NCBI GenBank assembly: GCA_024398835.1
Contig: JAKSIK010000012.1
Span: 4,540 to 68,539, forward strand
From: Fibrobacter sp.
GTDB taxonomy: Bacteria > Fibrobacterota > Fibrobacteria > Fibrobacterales > Fibrobacteraceae
DNA: 64,000 nt
Reading direction: 5' to 3'
The notes beneath the pieces are model-generated. The model was not told the DNA's origin and made no database searches. It saw only the letters and a program-made list of their open reading frames with translations. A program made the translations under genes and the position numbers. Positions 56,349 to 64,000 of this stretch are shown in pieces. Each line of letters opens with the position of its first letter. Positions within the stretch are counted from its first letter, which is position 1.

Positions 56349-56412
56349 CTCAATCGGTTAGAGCCGCGGACTCATAACCCGCTGGTTCCCGGTTCAAGTC
56401 CGGGAGGTCCCA
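56339..56412 (+). tRNA. tRNA with CAT anticodon, most likely tRNA-Ile2 (lysidine); elongator Met not excluded
   Basis: acceptor GGGACTT/AGGTCCC+A, D-arm GCTC/GAGC, anticodon loop CTCATAA, T-arm CCCGG-TTCAAGT-CCGGG; CCA not encoded. Confidence 0.93.
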
Positions 56413-56414
56413 CG

Positions 56415-56450
56415 AAGCCCCAAGGCCACAGGCCTTGGGGTTTTCCTTTT
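56415..56450 (+). terminator. terminator after tRNA
   Basis: AAGCCCCAAGGCC-ACA-GGCCTTGGGGTTTT. Confidence 0.85.
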
Positions 56451-57505
56451 TAGTCGGCGTTCTTCACACAGCGGATATAGAAAGCAAAGAACTTGTCGTA
56501 ATTATCAACAACAACATTTGAATGAGTAGAGTAAAAGAGGTAGTTGTAAGCATAGTCTGGACCAAATACATATTCGCTCCCAACTTCACTAGATGACCAA
56601 AATTGAGTATAGGTTCCTTCGCCATAGAATTGACTTATGTTATAATCACCCCCCGGAAGGACCGCGAATCCAAAATCATCCTCTCCATTACCGTCAAGCC
56701 CAACCATAGGGGGAGCCCATCCTTTTTTAGACTTCAACGCTGTTCCGGCATTCTCCATACCGCCAACCGCATCAAATAAATTCTGCCATTCAGTCGAACT
56801 AGGTACATGCCAACCATCAGGACACACGCCCTGAACACCTTCGCCTACATCACACACTTGTCTGTATCCGCATTCATCATCCGTTTTACCAACTACAGCA
56901 TTCCAGTTGTACATACGACCATACTTGGAGCAATTTTCCGAATCATTTCCATAGCACCAACTGCTCACTTCGTTGTCAGCAAAACTGTATTGGGTGACAT
57001 AATTCAAATTCTGAGCCATCCAGGTCTGGTTGCCGATGACAATGGTTCTGTAGACTTTGTTGTTACGCGTGTCGAGAAGTTCTCCATAGCCGTTTGTATC
57101 CAGTATGTCCTGGTTTAAATATTCAGTAGAGACACAGTCGTACGTACCGCAGTCATAGAGTGAAATCCTCTGGATGCTGGAGGAACTCACCTCGCTGCTA
57201 GAGCTAACGGCTTCGCTGGAAGAGGAGTCATCCTTTTTAGCCTCGGAACTGCTGGACTCTGCATCACCAGATTCCTCACTGGATTCCGGGGTATCTTCCC
57301 CAGAATAACTGCTAGAAGACTTGTCTTCCCCAGAATTTTCGTTGGAACTGGATTCAGCAGATTCTTCGCTGGAAGAGGATTCATCTTCTAGCTCAACAGA
57401 GGAGCTGGATTCCTCTTCGGGGCCGCTGGAGCTATCGTCACCGCAGGCGGTGATTGCAAGGCCAAACGCAACCGCAAACATAGAAGTCAAGAACAGTTTT
57501 TTCAT
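56450..57505 (-). CDS. Fibrobacter succinogenes major paralogous domain (FISUMP) lipoprotein
   Basis: lipobox ITAC-GDD, Ser/Glu-rich linker, DTRNNKVYRTIVIGNQTWMAQNLNY, YGRMYNW, GVCPDGWHVPS, IRCVKN. Confidence 0.93.
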   Translation of the reverse strand: MKKLFLTSMFAVAFGLAITACGDDSSSGPEEESSSSVELEDESSSSEESAESSSNENSGEDKSSSSYSGEDTPESSEESGDAESSSSEAKKDDSSSSEAVSSSSEVSSSSIQRISLYDCGTYDCVSTEYLNQDILDTNGYGELLDTRNNKVYRTIVIGNQTWMAQNLNYVTQYSFADNEVSSWCYGNDSENCSKYGRMYNWNAVVGKTDDECGYRQVCDVGEGVQGVCPDGWHVPSSTEWQNLFDAVGGMENAGTALKSKKGWAPPMVGLDGNGEDDFGFAVLPGGDYNISQFYGEGTYTQFWSSSEVGSEYVFGPDYAYNYLFYSTHSNVVVDNYDKFFAFYIRCVKNAD

Positions 57506-57556
57506 AATAGAGTCCTTATGTTTTTGACCGATTAATGCCGGCCGCCTTATTTAATT

Positions 57557-59041
57557 TTACCTATGATAGAGTTTCTTGGTCTGATACACCGGTTCCATCG
57601 TGAGGTTCACACCCAAGCGGCGGAAAATGTCCAAATCCACTTGAGCAAGAATCACACTGGCATGGACTTCGCAGTTGCGGAACAAAGGAAGTTTTTCCAG
57701 AGCGAGTTTTGCATTATAATCCGTCAAGGCACAAATGGAGAGAGCCTCCAAGACCTCATCCATATGAAGGCGCGGATTAGCATGTCCCAGTGCACCAGTC
57801 TTCAAATTCTGAATGGGCTCGATGACCATGGGAGAAAGCAAATTCACGCTAGGCGGAATTTTCGCCATCTTCTTGAGGGCATTCAAAAGCATGGTGGAGC
57901 AAGCACCCAGAAGTTGCGTGGTTTTGCCCGTAACGATACTTCCATCCGGAAGTTCAATAGCAACCGCAGGGCCATCGGTTTCTTCGGCACGCTTTACAGC
58001 CGCTTCCACAACAGGGCGGGCAGATACACTCACCTGAGCCTGTTCCATCAACAGTTCCAGTTTGTAAACCTGATCGGGCTCTGCATTCCCTTTACGAACC
58101 TGGCACTTGGTATTGTAATAACGACGCACAATCTCTTGACGCGCAGCCTCACAAACAGCCTCATCATCAATGATGCAGTTCCCTGCCATGTTCACACCCA
58201 TATCCGTAGGGCTCTTGTAGGGAGACTGGCCGAGAATGCGCTGGAACAAGGCATTCAGTACCGGGAAGATTTCCACATCGCGATTGTAGTTGATAGTAGT
58301 CTGGCCATAAGCTTCCAGATGGAAGGGGTCAATCATGTTCACATCATTCAAATCCGCAGTGGCGGCTTCGTAAGCCAGGTTCACCGGATGTTTTAAAGCG
58401 ATATTCCAGATGGGGAACGTCTCGAATTTTGCGTAGCCCGCTTTTACGCCGCGCTTGTTTTCGTGATAAATCTGAGAGAGGCAGACAGCCATCTTTCCAC
58501 TTCCCGGACCGGGGGCGGTCACCACCACCAACTCGCGAGTAGTTTCCACAAATTCATTCTTTCCGTAGCCATCGTCAGAAACTACCAGCGGAATGTTTCC
58601 CGGATAGCCCTCGATGGTATAGTGGCGATAGACTTTCAAGCCCAAGCTTTCCAACTTCTTCTGGTAAGCGACAGCACTAGCCTGGCCCTGATAGCGGGTC
58701 AAAACGACGCTACTTACATAGAGACCATAACCGCGGAAAGCGTCGATGAGGCGAAGCACATCCATGTCGTAGGTGATGCCGAGATCACCGCGGACCTTGT
58801 TCTTCTCGATGTCGCTTGCATTAATGGCAATGACAACTTCAGCCTTGTCCTTCAACTTCTCCAACATCTTGATTTTGGAGTCGGGCTTGAAACCCGGAAG
58901 CACGCGGGAGGCATGATGATCGTCAAAAAGCTTTCCGCCAAATTCCAGATAAAGTTTTCCACCAAACTTCGCAATGCGTTCCTGAATTTTCTCGGACTGC
59001 ATCCTCAGGTATGCGTCGTTATCAAAACCCACCTTAAACAT
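57557..59041 (-). CDS. DUF1846 (UPF0371) family protein
   Basis: KLYLEFGGKLFDDHHASRVLPGF, TAPGPGSGK, GYAKFETFPIWN, YKSPTDMGVNM. Confidence 0.92.
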   Translation of the reverse strand: MFKVGFDNDAYLRMQSEKIQERIAKFGGKLYLEFGGKLFDDHHASRVLPGFKPDSKIKMLEKLKDKAEVVIAINASDIEKNKVRGDLGITYDMDVLRLIDAFRGYGLYVSSVVLTRYQGQASAVAYQKKLESLGLKVYRHYTIEGYPGNIPLVVSDDGYGKNEFVETTRELVVVTAPGPGSGKMAVCLSQIYHENKRGVKAGYAKFETFPIWNIALKHPVNLAYEAATADLNDVNMIDPFHLEAYGQTTINYNRDVEIFPVLNALFQRILGQSPYKSPTDMGVNMAGNCIIDDEAVCEAARQEIVRRYYNTKCQVRKGNAEPDQVYKLELLMEQAQVSVSARPVVEAAVKRAEETDGPAVAIELPDGSIVTGKTTQLLGACSTMLLNALKKMAKIPPSVNLLSPMVIEPIQNLKTGALGHANPRLHMDEVLEALSICALTDYNAKLALEKLPLFRNCEVHASVILAQVDLDIFRRLGVNLTMEPVYQTKKLYHR

Positions 59042-59082
59042 CTTCTCTATCCTTACTTAAGTTTTCTCAAAGATAAAAAATG

Positions 59083-59117
59083 CAAAAAATCCCTCGGTGT
59101 TTTTCGAGGGATTTTTC
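59083..59117 (-). terminator. terminator after the xylanase gene
   Basis: AAAAAATCCCTCG...CGAGGGATTTTT. Confidence 0.78.
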
Positions 59118-59147
59118 ATGTCTAAAACCTAGGTGAAAAATTTCTTT

Positions 59148-60707
59148 TTAGCGGACGGCAATCTTCCGCATGAGGTCTCCCTGACGCACAAGATAGACTC
59201 CTGACTTGTGGAATTTTTGCTTCAAAAGATTCTGCATAGAGTTGCCGCGAGCCATGTCTATGTAGCCCAACAACTTACCTTGCATATCAAACACCTGGAA
59301 CTTACCAATGGGCTGATTCAAAGATAGGTTTGCACGAGTATTAATCTTTTGTTCAGGGTCTTTTGAAGGATCTTGAGAAGGATCCGCCTCCACCAACTCA
59401 AACTTGAGCCAGTCTGCATTGCAATAAGGGAAACTCACCCGCAAAATGTGACGACCTTGAGGTAAACGGATTGGCGTTGTGGTGCTCGCCTCGGCAAAAA
59501 CCTGCCACTTTCCATCATCTGTACTAGCCGCACTAATGGAGCCTACAGAATTACCGTCTATCATCAACGACACTTCAGCCGCACTAGCATTACCATTTGC
59601 AATCATGATAGTGGCATTATACGTTCCACCTGTCGGGATATCTACCGTATATTCCAGCCATTCATCAGGGTTAGTGTAACCCACACCATAGCCAGAACCA
59701 ACGCCAACGATATCCACATTCACATCAGGGCGATAGCTGCCGCCTTGCGGCTCGCCAGATTCTGTAGAACCATCCACTTCGTTATAGGCTTCCCCGTTGG
59801 CTCCTTCATCAAAATTCTCAATTTCAATAGTTCCGGGAATAGAGTTGCTGCTGTAAGGAGTTTGGTTGCCAAAGTCTGGCGAGGCACTGGAAGTAGGATT
59901 CTGGCTGGCACTAGAAGAAGGCGTAGGGGCATTGCCGACATAAACCTTAGCATAATTAAAATCTATTGAACCTGAAGCACCCTGATTCTCTGGATATTGC
60001 CCTGCTTCACCTAAAACTTTTACCTCATATAAAGATGACCCTAGAGTTATGCCAAGATTCTTCCAAGCATTAAAATGAGCTGTAACATCAATTGAACCAC
60101 AGGTACGTGCTGTTTTACGAAGACTGTAAATTTGATCAAACTGCCCTGTCCCAAGAATTGTTGCTCTATTAGCAGAGTTTATATAAACATCGTATTGAAC
60201 ACCATCAATAGTTATTGTTCCCTTATTAGTTCCAAGCCAATTCGGTCTAGAGGCAGGGCCCCAGTTGTCAACAATATACCACTCTATCAGCGGATTCTGC
60301 ATCCAACCATAAACCCCCACATATGCGTATGAAATACCACCTGCGTTTGTAAATTGATTAAGGCTAAAATCAACATTAAGTTGACCCACTGTTAACGGAT
60401 TCTTTCCACTATCCTTGCCGTAAAGAATTCCCTCTCTACAAAGGTAATCATCTGCGTCAGAAAATGTGCATGAGAACGAACCATCAGGATAAAATTTAGC
60501 AGACACATTTCCACTTTTAGTCCATTGCTCATAGCTATAATTTCCAACATCGTTAATGTCACCCTTATCCTGCCCGGCAGAAACACTGTAGGCACTCACC
60601 ACAGGGTTTCCTGTATGAGATGTATTACAGAAATCCTGTGCAAACGCACCTGTTGCAACAAGGCCGAGGCCTAGGACCAGTTTTGTAAAGAATGCGACCT
60701 TTTTCAT
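59148..60707 (-). CDS. GH11 endo-1,4-beta-xylanase with CBM6-like module and Fibrobacter/T9SS-like C-terminal domain
   Basis: signal peptide; YVGVYGW..NPLIEWYIVDNW (nucleophile Glu), HFNAW, VLGEAG (acid/base Glu); IPGTIEIENFD...EWLEYTV CBM; QVFDMQGK...GVYLVR tail. Confidence 0.92.
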   Translation of the reverse strand: MKKVAFFTKLVLGLGLVATGAFAQDFCNTSHTGNPVVSAYSVSAGQDKGDINDVGNYSYEQWTKSGNVSAKFYPDGSFSCTFSDADDYLCREGILYGKDSGKNPLTVGQLNVDFSLNQFTNAGGISYAYVGVYGWMQNPLIEWYIVDNWGPASRPNWLGTNKGTITIDGVQYDVYINSANRATILGTGQFDQIYSLRKTARTCGSIDVTAHFNAWKNLGITLGSSLYEVKVLGEAGQYPENQGASGSIDFNYAKVYVGNAPTPSSSASQNPTSSASPDFGNQTPYSSNSIPGTIEIENFDEGANGEAYNEVDGSTESGEPQGGSYRPDVNVDIVGVGSGYGVGYTNPDEWLEYTVDIPTGGTYNATIMIANGNASAAEVSLMIDGNSVGSISAASTDDGKWQVFAEASTTTPIRLPQGRHILRVSFPYCNADWLKFELVEADPSQDPSKDPEQKINTRANLSLNQPIGKFQVFDMQGKLLGYIDMARGNSMQNLLKQKFHKSGVYLVRQGDLMRKIAVR

Positions 60708-60814
60708 ATTGGCTCCTTATTTGCCAAATCCCTTCTTAATTACCCGAATTCAAATATATATCCCTTGCAAAGCCACCGCAACCACGAACGTCGCGAAATA
60801 GCCTCTACAAACAA

Positions 60815-60848
60815 AAGAACCTACCCCATTTTGCAGGGATAGGCTCTA
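60815..60848 (-). terminator. probable terminator after gyrA
   Basis: AGAACCTACCCC...GGGATAGGCTCT imperfect hairpin with A-run on the left. Confidence 0.55.
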
Positions 60849-60863
60849 AAGTTTCAGAACAAG

Positions 60864-63560
60864 CTAGTTTTCACCGTTTTCATTTGCTTCAGACGCTTCT
60901 GCAGAATCGTCCTTCACAATGGAATCGTCATCCACTTCCACCCCTTCCACCTTATCGAAGGTTTCCTTGGCTTCTGCGGAATCCTGCTCAATATCTTCCA
61001 CGCTGGGGAGTGCGGTCGCGTCTTGCACGGTGTCGCCTTCGTTCAAGCGAATGCACTTCACGCCAATGGCACTGCGGTTTGTCAGTCGGATGGAATCCGC
61101 CTCAATGCGAATAACCTGACCTTCCTTACTGGTGATAATCAAGTCGTAGTCGTCAGCAACGCTTTCCACAAATACCGCCGGACCCGTCTTTTCCATACCA
61201 TCGGCGCTGAGGTTGCGAACACCCTTGCTACCGCGCTTGGTCACGCGATAGGAGCTTGGCTGAGAACGCTTACCAAATCCCTTTTCGGTAATGGTCACGA
61301 TCTTGTTGCCTTCCTTGAGCCAGATGAGAGAAATCACTTCATCGCCTTCCGCAAGTTTGATACCGCGAACACCGTGAGTGCCACGGCCCATGGGGCGGAA
61401 GCAAGTGATGGGGAACGTGACTGCCTGACCATTCTTGGTAGCAAGCATCAAGAGGTCATTGGCGATAGGCTTGCTTTCTGCATCCTCGTCAGCGCCTTCT
61501 GCATTTTCCACATCTGGGGATTCTGCAGTTTCTGCGCTGTCGGAAGCATCTTCGTTTGCACTGAGAGAGGCGTTGTATTCCTCTTCCGTCATGCCCACCA
61601 ACTGCACCTTCACCAGTTCATCGCCTTCATCCAAAGAAATGGCGTTCACACCAGCCTTGCGCGGGCGGCTAAACAGCTTCAAGTCCATCTTGTTGATGAT
61701 GCCCTTCTTGGTCGCGAACACGAGGCAGAAGAATCCGCCGAACTTGCGGACCGGCACAATGGCCTGAACTTTTTCGCCCTCGGTGAGGCCCACAAAGTTG
61801 ATGATGGGGCGGCCCTTTCCGCTGCGAGTGCCTTCGGGCAAGCGATAGACCTTGGTCCAGTAGGCACGGCCCTTGTTGGTGAACACCAGCAAGTAACTGT
61901 GTGTACTTGCAGTAAAAATCTGGTCCACATCGTCATCGTCCTTGAGGCCCGTACCGACAACGCCCTTACCACCGCGGGTCTGGGCTTTGAAGGTATCAAT
62001 CGGGAGGCGCTTGATGTAACCTTCCTTACTGAGGGTAATGACCTGTTCTTCTTCGGCGATGAGGTCTTCGTAATCCAAATCATCCACAGCGTCTTCGATG
62101 CTGGTGCGGCGTTCGTCACCAAACTTGGCAACCACGGCATCCAAGCGTTCCAGGAGGATAGCGATGCGACGTTCACGCTTTTCGAGAATGTCCTTCAAGT
62201 CAGCGACCGTTGCCACCAGCTCGTTGTATTCGGCTTCCAACTTCTCCAAGTTGAGGCCCGTGAGCTGAGACAAGCGCATGTCCACAATGGCCTGCGACTG
62301 AATTTCGTCCAGGTTGAAGCGGTCTTGCAAGGCAACCTTTGCGGCTTCCGTTGTGGCGCTCTGCTTGATAATCTGCACCACTTCATCGATGTTCTGGGTC
62401 GCAATGCGGAGGCCCTCGATGATGTGGAGACGCGCTTCCGCCTTCTTCAAATCAAACTGGGTTGCACGGGTCACCACATCCAAGCGGTGATCGATGTAAA
62501 CCTGGATTAATTCCTTCAGCGTGAAGACCTTGGGCAGATTGTTGATGAGTGCCAGGTTGTAAATGCTGAAGGTTGTCTGAAGTTGAGTATTCTTGTAGAG
62601 GTTATTGAGGATGACTTCGCCCACAGCGTCGCGGCGGAGTTCAATCACAATCCGCATACCTTCGCGGCTGGATTCATCACGGATATCGGTGATGCCATCC
62701 ACACGCTTCTCGCGGACCAGTTCTGCAATCTTCTTGCAGAGTTCCGCCTTGTTCACCATGTAGGGGATTTCCGTCACGATGATGCGGGGCTTGCCCTTGC
62801 TATCGGTCTCAATTTCGGAACGAGCACGCACACGCACGCGGCCATGGCCTGTCAGGTAAGCTTCACGAATGCCCGCACGGCCGCAAATCACACCGCCGGT
62901 GGGGAAGTCCGGGCCACTCACGTAAGAAAGCAAATCTTCGCCAGAGATGTCCGGATTTTCGCAGACCGCATGAATGGCATTGGCAATTTCACGCAGGTTG
63001 TGAGGCGCCATAGAGGTGGCCATACCCACTGCAATACCCGTAGTGCCGTTCACCAGCATATTGGGAAGCACAGAGGGGAGCACCAGCGGCTCTTCCAAGG
63101 ACTCGTCATAGTTGGGGCCCATGTCCACCGTTTCTTTTTCCAGGTCTTCCAGCATGAGGGCGCCCATGTGGTTCATCTTGGCTTCGGTGTAACGCATAGC
63201 AGCGGCTCCATCGCCATCGATAGAGCCAAAGTTACCTTGGCCAAAAACCAGCGGATAGCGGAGAGAGAAGTCCTGAGCCATACGGACCAAAGTCTCGTAC
63301 ACGGCAGAGTCGCCATGAGGGTGATACTTACCAATCACATCACCCACGATACGGGCGCTCTTCACCGTAGACTTGTTGGGCACCACGCCCAACTTGTGCA
63401 TACTGTACATCACGCGGCGGTGCACGGGTTTGAAACCGTCACGAGCATCCGGCAACGCACGAGCCACAATCACGCTCATGGAATAACGGAGGTAACAATC
63501 CTGCATGTCCTGTTCAATCAGGCTTTTGAACTGCGATCCTGGAATCATTTCTTCTGACAT
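60864..63560 (-). CDS. gyrA: DNA gyrase subunit A
   Basis: RALPDARDGFKPVHRR, GKYHPHGDSAVY, AAMRYTE catalytic Tyr, GyrA-box QTRGGKG, acidic tail. Confidence 0.98.
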   Translation of the reverse strand: MSEEMIPGSQFKSLIEQDMQDCYLRYSMSVIVARALPDARDGFKPVHRRVMYSMHKLGVVPNKSTVKSARIVGDVIGKYHPHGDSAVYETLVRMAQDFSLRYPLVFGQGNFGSIDGDGAAAMRYTEAKMNHMGALMLEDLEKETVDMGPNYDESLEEPLVLPSVLPNMLVNGTTGIAVGMATSMAPHNLREIANAIHAVCENPDISGEDLLSYVSGPDFPTGGVICGRAGIREAYLTGHGRVRVRARSEIETDSKGKPRIIVTEIPYMVNKAELCKKIAELVREKRVDGITDIRDESSREGMRIVIELRRDAVGEVILNNLYKNTQLQTTFSIYNLALINNLPKVFTLKELIQVYIDHRLDVVTRATQFDLKKAEARLHIIEGLRIATQNIDEVVQIIKQSATTEAAKVALQDRFNLDEIQSQAIVDMRLSQLTGLNLEKLEAEYNELVATVADLKDILEKRERRIAILLERLDAVVAKFGDERRTSIEDAVDDLDYEDLIAEEEQVITLSKEGYIKRLPIDTFKAQTRGGKGVVGTGLKDDDDVDQIFTASTHSYLLVFTNKGRAYWTKVYRLPEGTRSGKGRPIINFVGLTEGEKVQAIVPVRKFGGFFCLVFATKKGIINKMDLKLFSRPRKAGVNAISLDEGDELVKVQLVGMTEEEYNASLSANEDASDSAETAESPDVENAEGADEDAESKPIANDLLMLATKNGQAVTFPITCFRPMGRGTHGVRGIKLAEGDEVISLIWLKEGNKIVTITEKGFGKRSQPSSYRVTKRGSKGVRNLSADGMEKTGPAVFVESVADDYDLIITSKEGQVIRIEADSIRLTNRSAIGVKCIRLNEGDTVQDATALPSVEDIEQDSAEAKETFDKVEGVEVDDDSIVKDDSAEASEANENGEN

Positions 63561-63572
63561 CTGATCCTCAAC

Positions 63573-64000
63573 TTAATAAGCTGCAAGCAGCATTTTATCT
63601 ATCACTTCTAAACTTTCAAAATCGGTCTGGTCCACCCGATGGGGCGTGATGGTTGCATAGCCCGCATTGAGCAGGTAATCATCGCTGTCCGCCGGATTTT
63701 CGTTCCAGAGTTTTTCACCATCCAACTGCCACTCGCCGTTAGTAGGCTTGTAATGGTCCGTAAACATCCCAAGAGCCATTTTGGTGGCCTTGAAGCCCTT
63801 GAAGGTCTCCGGAGTCCCCTTAGGGAAGTTCACGTTCCAAAAGACGCTAGGGCCAAAATTCTCATACATCCGCTCCCGAACCACGCGGGCGGAAAAATCC
63901 AGCACCGTAGGCATCAGGGATTCTCCCCCGAGGCTTAGGGAAAGAGAAACAGCAGGCACGCCCCAGAGGGCAGCCTCACGGGCGCCAGCCACGGTTCCCG
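63573..64000 (-). CDS. surE: 5'/3'-nucleotidase SurE (5' part beyond window end)
   Basis: GTVAGAREAALWGVPAVSLS, WNVNFP, DDYLLNAGYATITP. Confidence 0.88.
   Translation of the reverse strand, partial: GTVAGAREAALWGVPAVSLSLSLGGESLMPTVLDFSARVVRERMYENFGPSVFWNVNFPKGTPETFKGFKATKMALGMFTDHYKPTNGEWQLDGEKLWNENPADSDDYLLNAGYATITPHRVDQTDFESLEVIDKMLLAAY

Noticed and set aside
56339..57505. tRNA as the attachment site of a genomic island
   Set aside because: No integrase and no duplicated tRNA 3' end were seen downstream.

Overview
This window looks like core chromosome from a Fibrobacter-like (Fibrobacterota) bacterium. The assignment is inferred from a fibro-slime protein, a FISUMP (Fibrobacter major paralogous domain) lipoprotein, a GH11-CBM6 xylanase with a Fibrobacter-type C-terminal module, and many 'ACGDD' Ser-rich lipoproteins. 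Housekeeping genes include glgP, uvrB, gpmI, coaE, mscL, lolA, recF, psd, ffh, glnA, rpsP-rimM-trmD-rplS, yajC-def, gyrA, partial surE and one tRNA(CAT). They are interspersed with AT-richer accessory genes. No CRISPR array, rRNA, prophage or classical transposase was seen. The strongest unexplained signal is a family of CGTC-tagged hairpin repeats, GATTGC-N3-stem/loop-TC-GCAATGACG. At 28076-28572 an inverted pair of these, each extended by 27-bp tandem half-copies, tightly brackets a lone 96-aa GIY-YIG nuclease gene. At 25734-25891 the same two arms occur without the nuclease. This resembles an autonomous/non-autonomous pair like RAYT/REPIN, but with a GIY-YIG nuclease in place of a tyrosine transposase. 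Other notable items are a tRNA overlapping the stop codon of a degenerate glycogen synthase, an archaeal/eukaryotic-type methylthiotransferase, a recurrent TAnnTT motif 4-7 nt before start codons suggesting leaderless mRNAs, duplicated gene 3' ends, heptamer arrays, and a degenerate/intact pair of cNMP-binding proteins. All family calls come from motif recognition by eye; no searches were run.
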